DNA of 32,839 nucleotides. It comes from a virus. This document shows positions 16,235 through 22,405 of this stretch, one piece after another. Under the pieces are notes generated by a model. It searched no databases, was not told the DNA's origin, and worked only from the letters and a program-made list of their open reading frames with translations. The stretch's first letter is position 1. Each line of letters begins with the position of its first letter. The translations under genes were made by a program, and so were the position numbers. The stretch spans positions 1 to 32,839 of IMG/VR virus record IMGVR_UViG_3300009515_000014; one strand, 5' to 3'.

Positions 16235-16448
16235 TGCATACCTGCTTCACTGGAAAGGTTTGAGGGTTGCAGCGACTGACAACTGACCCGTCTTTAAAAT
16301 AGAAGTCACACTGATTGTAACACACACGGCTACGGTAGCAGCTATAGTACACAGCTCGCACATTCTGACAATCGCTTTGACTACGAACAACAGTATCACC
16401 TTCACTACACCCCACGGCTAAAAATAAAACCAAAAATAAATATTTCAT
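16200..16448 (-). CDS. Cys-rich small lipoprotein (82-aa precursor)
   Basis: Start at internal ATG 16448: MKYLFLVLFLAVGC has a canonical lipobox (LAVG/C); six further Cys in the mature part. Confidence 0.7.
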   Translation of the reverse strand: MKYLFLVLFLAVGCSEGDTVVRSQSDCQNVRAVYYSCYRSRVCYNQCDFYFKDGSVVSRCNPQTFPVKQVCNGQFNDPRVSQ

Positions 16449-16500
16449 TTGAACTTCACCCATAATATTTGCACTCCTGTCAATATGCCAATGCCGAATA

Positions 16501-16848
16501 TTACGAGCAGTTTGGCGGTTTGTTCTTCGCATTCCATCTTCTTACGTTCTCCAGTCTGTACGCTTCTCGCTCTTTCGCGAGTGCTTCTTTCTTCTTCGCA
16601 TAATCAGGATCGCTTTGGATCTTTAGTTCATACAGTTGTTTTCTCATCTGCCAATCATTGATTTGAAGCTTAGCTAGATGATCATAGAAATTAAGGATTT
16701 CTTGCTTTGTTCTTTTCCCGACATCATATTGGTCTTGTGTTTCTGCGCACGATGCTTCTTCTTTTCCGTCTATGTCAGTGCGAACTATTCCGACTTCGAC
16801 AGTAGTGTAGGAAAACATTTTGCGCATAAAGGATTTAAAAAAAGTCAT
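16501..16848 (-). CDS. Hypothetical helical protein
   Basis: 115-aa ORF on the operon strand; charged helical C-terminus; start ambiguous (16848/16827/16818). Confidence 0.55.
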   Translation of the reverse strand: MTFFKSFMRKMFSYTTVEVGIVRTDIDGKEEASCAETQDQYDVGKRTKQEILNFYDHLAKLQINDWQMRKQLYELKIQSDPDYAKKKEALAKEREAYRLENVRRWNAKNKPPNCS

Positions 16849-17050
16849 AATGATTCCAATATCTATAGTGCTTTGCCTGCACTTTTATATTCGTAATAAT
16901 ATGTAGTGGAAATGGTTTACCACATTGCCCACGATTCCACCAATTTACTTTCATTTTTGTATATTTTTCACTTACATATTGAACCTTAATCACATAGATA
17001 AACACGTCCTTGAAATTATCGTGAGTGTAGTATCCAGTTCTAAACCTCAA
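16835..17050 (-). CDS. Hypothetical 71-aa protein (TTG start), AT-rich
   Basis: Only ORF filling this interval on the operon strand; weak start signals. Confidence 0.3.
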   Translation of the reverse strand: MRFRTGYYTHDNFKDVFIYVIKVQYVSEKYTKMKVNWWNRGQCGKPFPLHIITNIKVQAKHYRYWNHYDFF

Positions 17051-17174
17051 TGTAAACCCTGCCTAGCTTTGATTGTAAACCCAGTATGATTCATATTAGC
17101 CACTTACTTCATTTTAACTTCTAAGAAATAGCATTTTTAAAGGTTCACAGTTCATGAATTGTAAATTCACTAAC

Positions 17175-17251
17175 TGGTCAGCCCGGGAGGATTCGAACCT
17201 CCGCTCTCTCGGTTCCAAACCGAGTGACTTACCTGACTAGCCTACGGGCTG
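17175..17251 (-). tRNA. tRNA-Pro (anticodon UGG), 77 nt, CCA encoded, A at position 37
   Basis: Hand-folded cloverleaf: CAGCCCG-TA-GGCT-AGTCAGGTA-AGTC-A-CTCGG-TTTGGAA-CCGAG-AGAGC-GGAGG-TTCGAAT-CCTCC-CGGGCTG-A-CCA; C1:G72 and A73 fit bacterial Pro identity. Confidence 0.9.
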
Positions 17252-17254
17252 CAT

Positions 17255-17686
17255 TTATTTCTTAAGTTCCTTCTTCAATGAACCTACTCGCTCGGTTAAA
17301 AATCTATTGTCTGCTAGCAGCATATCGTTTTCCCGCTTTAGCTCATTATATATCTGAGCCCGCCTATACGAATTGTTTTCGTGAAAGACGGCAGACCTTC
17401 GCCACTCTTCTTTGGTCTTGCTTTCTAATGGTAAAAGAAAATCCTTAGTCGAATCAGCAAAAAGCTTTTCAGTCTTTAGCTCTAAATCTTTTAGCTCGAA
17501 ACACTTATCGTAATATTTCTCTCTCCACCTATGGGCCAACTTATAACGCTTAGACTTTAACTCTGCTATTTTCTCAGTCGCTATTTCGAATTGTTCTTTG
17601 TAGTATTCCATGTCTCGCATTTTACTCATCCCACAATTACAAGGGTATCCAGGCGCTGGGCATCCATCTCCGTGACCATAGCTCAT
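17255..17686 (-). CDS. Hypothetical coiled-coil protein with Cys-rich N-terminus
   Basis: 143-aa ORF; stop lies 3 nt before the tRNA; GDGCPAPGYPCNCG then heptad-like helical sequence. Confidence 0.6.
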   Translation of the reverse strand: MSYGHGDGCPAPGYPCNCGMSKMRDMEYYKEQFEIATEKIAELKSKRYKLAHRWREKYYDKCFELKDLELKTEKLFADSTKDFLLPLESKTKEEWRRSAVFHENNSYRRAQIYNELKRENDMLLADNRFLTERVGSLKKELKK

Positions 17687-17992
17687 TCACTCACCGCCTA
17701 GCTGTTTACGGATATTGGATAATGTCTGACAGTTTGAGCAAATAGGCATAGGTTTATTTTTTACAGTCTTAGTGCCTGGCTCAAATAAATTAGCACAAGG
17801 GTAATGATGTTGCTTAAGCGCTTCGACCGCAGGCCAAAGAAGCTCTACTGCGGCGTTAAAACCCTCTATAAACTCATCGCTTGCCTCATCCTCTATAGCT
17901 TGACGTCCACCGTTGTAATGCCAGTTACAATAACCCAAGTCTAAAGCCAACTCATTCCCGTGCTCAATCACTCTCTGCTTTAGATTAGTCAT
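17687..17992 (-). CDS. Hypothetical early protein (101 aa)
   Basis: Stop immediately abuts the next ATG (TGAATG); ATGA overlap at its own start. Confidence 0.6.
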   Translation of the reverse strand: MTNLKQRVIEHGNELALDLGYCNWHYNGGRQAIEDEASDEFIEGFNAAVELLWPAVEALKQHHYPCANLFEPGTKTVKNKPMPICSNCQTLSNIRKQLGGE

Positions 17993-18258
17993 TCATCCCC
18001 CTTCTTAAACTCAGCAAATGCGGCGAGTACATTTTCTGCATGTGGATATGTGGTAGCATTATCTTTTGGCTCACCAAAAGTTATGTTGCCCAAAGCCTCA
18101 GCCAATTGCTCAGCCTGTTCCATAAGATCTTTATGTTTTCTGTCGAAATAGAACCAGCAATGCTTAGAAAGTTCCATCATTTCTTCTGGGTGTCTTGTTT
18201 CATACCAGACATAGGTCGACAAAAAGCCTGCTAATTCTCGCTGTTCTTTATCTGTCAT
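17989..18258 (-). CDS. Hypothetical early protein (89 aa)
   Basis: Strong SD GGGGGAG upstream; ATGA overlap at its 3' end. Confidence 0.6.
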   Translation of the reverse strand: MTDKEQRELAGFLSTYVWYETRHPEEMMELSKHCWFYFDRKHKDLMEQAEQLAEALGNITFGEPKDNATTYPHAENVLAAFAEFKKGDE

Positions 18259-18320
18259 TCACTCCCCCTCATTTGCACAAAAATATAAAAATAGGTTTGT
18301 AAGAATGCAAAACGCTGATT

Positions 18321-18491
18321 TCACTCAGCCCCCTCGTCTTGTGGCTTGGGCCTTCTTCTTATTCGCACCCAAGGGAAAAATTTTACTCGCCCACCTAGCC
18401 TATTGCCGTATTCATAGCCGTATTTCCAAATGCGGAAATGATATTGTCCGAACCTAAAGACTAATCCACCCATCTTCACTGGTCCACTCAT
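18321..18491 (-). CDS. Unannotated 56-aa ORF (below track cutoff), basic/aromatic-rich
   Basis: ATG 18491 overlaps upstream TGA (TGATG); translates MSGPVKMGGLVFRFGQYHFRIWKYGYEYGNRLGGRVKFFPWVRIRRRPKPQDEGAE; preceded by GAGGGGGAG. Confidence 0.45.
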   Translation of the reverse strand: MSGPVKMGGLVFRFGQYHFRIWKYGYEYGNRLGGRVKFFPWVRIRRRPKPQDEGAE

Positions 18492-18967
18492 CACTCCCCC
18501 TCGTTAGCCAAGGCCCGCTTAGCTCTTTCGCAAATGTCCCAGGTTTCTTTAGGGTTAGAATTATTAAATCCACAGTCGTGATGTTCTATACCATCCTTTG
18601 TAGATTTTGAGCGTGAAATTATTCTCTCTAGATCCCTTAGAACATCTCGACACGACTCTTTCTTGATTGGCGTTATGTTTATGAGTAGCGCACGGTGGGT
18701 AAATTTCATATTAGGTGCATTTTTGTCAGTATCCCATAGAGAATCCATAAGCTTTTTTTCTTGGTATATCTCAACCGCCTCACTCAGCATCTTTTGTTGG
18801 GCTTGGAACTTCTCTTCAAACGCACGCCACTCGCCCACAGAAATCTCGATACAGCCGCAACTTTCGCCTAAGCATGTCTTACAAGACCTCTGCCCATCGG
18901 CGTCGATGCGAGTGTTTGCTATTGTAAACCTGTGTCCTTTGCCGCATCTTATTTTTTTCTTAGCCAT
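18491..18967 (-). CDS. Hypothetical protein with N-terminal zinc-binding motif
   Basis: CGKGHRFTIANTRIDADGQRSCKTC resembles the Zn loop of HNH-type phage proteins; remainder unknown. Confidence 0.55.
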   Translation of the reverse strand: MAKKKIRCGKGHRFTIANTRIDADGQRSCKTCLGESCGCIEISVGEWRAFEEKFQAQQKMLSEAVEIYQEKKLMDSLWDTDKNAPNMKFTHRALLINITPIKKESCRDVLRDLERIISRSKSTKDGIEHHDCGFNNSNPKETWDICERAKRALANEGE

Positions 18968-18982
18968 GTCGATCGAACTCCT

Positions 18983-19681
18983 TTAAAAGTTTGGGGTATC
19001 ACCTGGATCAAATTGCGGTTCCATATATGCAGGTCCTTGCATCAAAGCAAAGTTCTGCACCACATCTTTGCACCAGCCTTTCGCTTCTTTGGCTCCATCG
19101 TCCGTGTAGAAGTTAACTAGGTCCTTTACTTTGTCATAGCCAACTTGACCTAGTGTTTGTCCTGCATGTTTGCCTTTAGGGAAAACATAATCGCGCCCGC
19201 TGCCGCCTGCTCCAGGTGCATAATTAGGTAGCGACGACTGCGCAGAGGTATTGGGTGACCTATGGACAGCCGTCGCTTGGGTATTGGGTCGGGACAACTC
19301 GACGGCGTCAGTGTCGTCTTCACTTGTTATCCCTAATAGGCCGCACAAAGCGTATCTCCTATAATAACTCATAAGCTTCCCGAAATTCTGTGGATTACTA
19401 TCAATCGCCATTGGTAAAACACTTTCCACAGCCTCCCCGCTCTCTACGTGTATTATAGAAGTCACTAAGACGACCCGATCTTCTATCATTGTCAATGAAT
19501 GTGTGACCAAAAGACCATGCTCTGCAAAGAGTGGCGTTAGCGTCTTCATGATCTTAGGAAGGGTTGAGAACTTATAGCTGAAAGATCCCGCCTTCGCCTC
19601 CCCGTCTTTAGACATTGTCGGCATAGCTTTCTGAACTTCAAACATTGCCTTCGTTATATTGCCCGCTACTGGTTCACTCAT
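18983..19681 (-). CDS. ERF-family single-strand annealing recombinase
   Basis: Start set to ATG 19681 (SD AAGGGAGA, 8-nt spacer); SFSYKFSTLPKIMKTLTPLFAEHGLLVTHS...HVESGE...GKLMSYYRRYALCGLLGITSEDDTD is the ERF core. Confidence 0.85.
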   Translation of the reverse strand: MSEPVAGNITKAMFEVQKAMPTMSKDGEAKAGSFSYKFSTLPKIMKTLTPLFAEHGLLVTHSLTMIEDRVVLVTSIIHVESGEAVESVLPMAIDSNPQNFGKLMSYYRRYALCGLLGITSEDDTDAVELSRPNTQATAVHRSPNTSAQSSLPNYAPGAGGSGRDYVFPKGKHAGQTLGQVGYDKVKDLVNFYTDDGAKEAKGWCKDVVQNFALMQGPAYMEPQFDPGDTPNF

Positions 19682-19925
19682 CTTCGATATCTCCCTTGTC
19701 CAAAAAAAACTGCTCATCATTGATCACTAAATCTATAGAATTTTCATGGATGAACCGTCTCATTTTCTCATAATGATTGACCCCTACTGGGTGTTTATAG
19801 CGTCCATTGCATAGCTTTTCTAATAGAGCTGTAGAGACTCCTGTCTCCGCAGCAAATTCCACATACGACAATCTATGCGCAGCTAGCCACGCAGCGATCA
19901 TTCTTCCGTTGAGTCGTCTTCTCAT
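19674..19925 (-). CDS. Helix-turn-helix early regulator (Cro/CI-like)
   Basis: First leftward gene; LSYVEFAAETGVSTALLEKLCNG HTH-like; SD AGGAGAGAG. Confidence 0.6.
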   Translation of the reverse strand: MRRRLNGRMIAAWLAAHRLSYVEFAAETGVSTALLEKLCNGRYKHPVGVNHYEKMRRFIHENSIDLVINDEQFFLDKGDIEDE

Positions 19926-19949
19926 CTATCTCTCTCCTGGTGAACTATG

Positions 19950-19979
19950 CTTATACATATTTATATGATACGCCGTCAA
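19950..19979 (-). promoter_or_regulatory. Leftward early promoter candidate (-35 TTGACG, 18-nt spacer, -10 TATAAG)
   Basis: Minus strand reads TTGACG-GCGTATCATATAAATATG-TATAAG upstream of the 19925 start. Confidence 0.45.
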
Positions 19980-19991
19980 GTATAAATATGT
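19955..19991. promoter_or_regulatory. Perfect 11-bp inverted repeat (ACATATTTATA / TATAAATATGT, 15-nt spacer): operator candidate
   Basis: Arms at 19955..19965 and 19981..19991 bracket the -35 and overlap the -10/spacer of the leftward promoter. Confidence 0.5.
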
Positions 19992-20091
19992 GATAGGCTA
20001 CTAAGCAGCTCAACACTGAAAACTTTACATAATTTTACGTAATTTTAGAAACCTATTGCTGGATCGTGCCAGATCATGCCAAAAGCCTGTC

Positions 20092-20844
20092 ATGGAAGTG
20101 GAAATCACGATAATCAAATGGAAAGAACACCAGTCCCTCAAAGTGGACGGGCAAGGGGTGGGCTGGTTCAAGGTAAAGACTGGTATCTCTAGTAACGCGC
20201 AGCTTCAAAGAGTGCCGCCTTCAGCTCGTTGGCTTTGGGTTTGCTTACTGTCCCTTGCTGCCAAAGAGGGCTCAAAGACCTTCAAAAAAACCCTCAATGA
20301 ACTTCACTGGACGTCAGATCTGACACTTGAATCGGTAAAGAAATACCTATCTGAATTTAAAGAACTTGGTCTTATTCATTTGAAAATTGAAGAAAAAAAC
20401 CGAGAGAGTAGAGTAGAGGATAGGAAAGGAGAGGAGAGTTTTGAGAGAGAGAGAGAGTTAAATGTCCATTTAAAAAATGGACGAGTCAATGATTCTTTTT
20501 CTTTTCCTGAAGAAACTATCCTTTCGTCCTACTCGAATTATCCACGCAAAGAAGGCAAACAGCAGGGAATACGCACACTTAGGCGAAACATTAAATCGAT
20601 GCAGAATGTCGAAGATTTTAGCAAGGCCGTTGACAACTATGCCAAGCACGTAGAGCTCAACAACCCAGAACCTAAGTTCATCAAGATGTTCTCTACCTTT
20701 GCCAACTGTTGGCAGGACTACGTTGAGCTAGAACCGAAAGACCTTAGCAAAAAAAGAGACAAAGAAGCAGACGAATGGGACGAAAGACTCAAAAAAGCAC
20801 AAGAATTTGATAGATTACAAACCTTAGCAAAGGAGAAAAAGTGA
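20092..20844 (+). CDS. Replication initiator / replisome organiser candidate
   Basis: First rightward gene; start set to ATG 20092 (track TTG 20056). N-terminal winged-helix-like part, charged linker, C-terminal YSNYPRKEGKQQG...KFIKMFSTFANCWQDY motif seen in phage replication proteins. Confidence 0.5.
   Translation: MEVEITIIKWKEHQSLKVDGQGVGWFKVKTGISSNAQLQRVPPSARWLWVCLLSLAAKEGSKTFKKTLNELHWTSDLTLESVKKYLSEFKELGLIHLKIEEKNRESRVEDRKGEESFERERELNVHLKNGRVNDSFSFPEETILSSYSNYPRKEGKQQGIRTLRRNIKSMQNVEDFSKAVDNYAKHVELNNPEPKFIKMFSTFANCWQDYVELEPKDLSKKRDKEADEWDERLKKAQEFDRLQTLAKEKK
20443..20457. repeat. (GA)7 dinucleotide repeat inside a long polypurine tract
   Basis: GAGAGAGAGAGAGAG read directly; encodes ERERE in the initiator linker. 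Confidence 0.9.
20464..20482. repeat. Perfect palindrome GTCCATTT-AAA-AAATGGAC
   Basis: Read directly; lies between a polypurine tract and a T-rich tract. Confidence 0.9.
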
Positions 20845-21404
20845 CGAAGTCAGAACTAACATTGGAAATCAAAGAAGTTACAGAGTTCTTTCCCTCGGCG
20901 AAATACACAGATGCCTTCATAGACATACTCTACGACGAGATCGGAGACCTATCGGTCTATGAATTCGCCAAAGCAAAAAAAATGATCTACAAAGAATCCA
21001 TGTATGCCCCAAAATTTCGTGACTTCATGACCACGGCTAAATGGGTTAGGGGTCAGCAGGAAAAGCCGCTACCAGGCTATGAGGGCTGTAGATGGTGCAA
21101 GGATACCGGGATCACAAAAGCTATCTGCAACTTCGAAGGATACGAGCACATGATTTTCACCGACGAACGAGAACAAAACCAATGGGATCTCAAAGGAGGC
21201 TTCGGGAAAACAACAGTCGGGCGAACCTTCAACTTCATCTGTGACTGCGGCATTCAACCTAACGATGAAAGAGCTGTGACGCAGTGGGCCGAAAGATATA
21301 ATGGAGGCTATTCGAGAGTACTCTATGGTAGTCCGATGGACCATGAAGTGACTAGAGACCTAGATGTCAGAGACATCAATGCCGACGTAAGGGAGTTCGA
21401 ATGA
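20841..21404 (+). CDS. Helicase-loader-like (G39P-type N-terminal domain) protein with Cys4 cluster
   Basis: GTGA overlap start; EFFPSAKYTDAFIDILYDEIGDLSVYEFAKAKKMIYKESMYAPKFRDF resembles G39P-type loaders; CRWC...CDC. Confidence 0.4.
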   Translation: MTKSELTLEIKEVTEFFPSAKYTDAFIDILYDEIGDLSVYEFAKAKKMIYKESMYAPKFRDFMTTAKWVRGQQEKPLPGYEGCRWCKDTGITKAICNFEGYEHMIFTDEREQNQWDLKGGFGKTTVGRTFNFICDCGIQPNDERAVTQWAERYNGGYSRVLYGSPMDHEVTRDLDVRDINADVREFE

Positions 21405-21592
21405 CAGACGAACAATTTGATAGAGCTATAAACCGAGCAGATCAAGAAACTCATATAGCACTAAAGCAAGTCGTGCTTATTGGCCTGATTGCCAAAACTA
21501 TTCACGACTTGAGCAAAAAGCTTGAGCAAGTCGACGGAACCTTAGTCCGCATCTCTGCGGAGATTGAGTCCGCGAGACTCGGAGACAAGTAA
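21401..21592 (+). CDS. Hypothetical 63-aa helical protein
   Basis: ATGA overlap with upstream stop. Confidence 0.5.
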   Translation: MTDEQFDRAINRADQETHIALKQVVLIGLIAKTIHDLSKKLEQVDGTLVRISAEIESARLGDK

Positions 21593-21627
21593 AGTCAGTT
21601 AACTTTTTTGCACTAAGTCTGGACTTG

Positions 21628-21636
21628 TGATAGCAT
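21628..21636 (+). promoter_or_regulatory. -10-like element TGATAGCAT 7 nt upstream of the SD-less terS ATG
   Basis: Read directly; weaker match than the other two TGnTA..AT elements. Confidence 0.25.
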
Positions 21637-21643
21637 TCAAAGC

Positions 21644-22003
21644 ATGCCAGCAGGACAACCGACAAAATACAAACCCGAGTACTGCGCCCTTCTCATTGAA
21701 CACATGAAGAAGGGACTCTCCTATGAATGCTTCGGCGCTGTCGTCGGAACTTGTAAGCAAACAATATACAATTGGGAGAAAGATAATCCTGAATTCTTGG
21801 ACGCCAAAAACAAGGGGCGTCAATTGTCGCAGATGTTTTGGGAGAGCATCTTCGTTGAAAACATTATCACCGACAAGGGTACAAACTTCAATACAACCGG
21901 CTGGATCTTCAATATGAAAAACAGATTCAACTGGAGAGACAAGCAAGAAATTTCTGGCGACGAAGAAAAACCGTTGAAGCTTTGTTACAACCTAGACGAA
22001 TAA
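21644..22003 (+). CDS. terS: Terminase small subunit
   Basis: GQPTKYKPEYCALLIEHMKKGLS...TCKQTIYNWEKDNPEFLDAKNKG...GWIFNMKNRFNWRDK is the common HTH-type TerS pattern; upstream of terL. Confidence 0.8.
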   Translation: MPAGQPTKYKPEYCALLIEHMKKGLSYECFGAVVGTCKQTIYNWEKDNPEFLDAKNKGRQLSQMFWESIFVENIITDKGTNFNTTGWIFNMKNRFNWRDKQEISGDEEKPLKLCYNLDE

Positions 22004-22007
22004 TCAG

Positions 22008-22016
22008 TGGTATAAT
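22008..22016 (+). promoter_or_regulatory. Extended -10-like element TGGTATAAT 9 nt upstream of an SD-less ATG
   Basis: CAGTGGTATAATCTAGCCACTATG read directly. Confidence 0.3.
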
Positions 22017-22025
22017 CTAGCCACT

Positions 22026-22241
22026 ATGAGACTGAAACTTTTCGATGTCGAAGCCACACCTGAGTGGTTGAAACTCCACTTCAAAGACGACGATGAAAAA
22101 CACTACGAACTAATTCTCGTGGACGAAAAAGAAATCAATGACTTCGTCGATAGACTCGTCGACATGGACCTACTCAATCGTGACCTTGACACACTTTGCT
22201 TCTTCCCGTCTGATATGGAGAAGCCTGAGCTGCTTTGCTAA
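22026..22241 (+). CDS. Small acidic protein (71 aa)
   Basis: Asp/Glu-rich (DDDEKHYELILVDEKEINDFVDRLVDMDLLNRDLD); sits between terS and terL. Confidence 0.55.
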   Translation: MRLKLFDVEATPEWLKLHFKDDDEKHYELILVDEKEINDFVDRLVDMDLLNRDLDTLCFFPSDMEKPELLC

Positions 22242-22390
22242 TGGCTAAGAATAAAGATAGACAAAAACGTGAAGACAAAAAACCGAAAGGGCTCAAAGAC
22301 AAAAGCAAACCAAAGGAGAAGCCGGACCAAAGTCGGAGGCTCACCTATAAAGAGTTTATCAATATTGGTTTGGGAAGTCGTAAGAGTTAG
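22241..22390 (+). CDS. Unannotated polybasic 49-aa ORF
   Basis: TAATG overlap; MAKNKDRQKREDKKPKGLKDKSKPKEKPDQSRRLTYKEFINIGLGSRKS. Confidence 0.45.
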   Translation: MAKNKDRQKREDKKPKGLKDKSKPKEKPDQSRRLTYKEFINIGLGSRKS

Positions 22391-22405
22391 GGTATATTAC
22401 ACCAC

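Noticed and set aside
17175-17251. tRNA as an attP/integration-site remnant
   Set aside because: The tRNA is full length with intact stems and CCA, not a 3' fragment. No integrase or excisionase ORF exists anywhere in the genome.
20056-20091. TTG start at 20056 for the replication initiator
   Set aside because: The extension adds 12 residues with no SD. The first ATG at 20092 is preferred, although neither start has a good SD.
21589-21608. Possible intrinsic terminator after the 63-aa gene (AAAGT-CAGTTA-ACTTT followed by T-run)
   Set aside because: The stem is only 5 A/T-rich base pairs, too weak to call.
21599-21946. 115-aa minus-strand ORF opposite the small terminase gene
   Set aside because: The plus-strand product has a clear TerS motif pattern. 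The antisense ORF has no motif and no SD.
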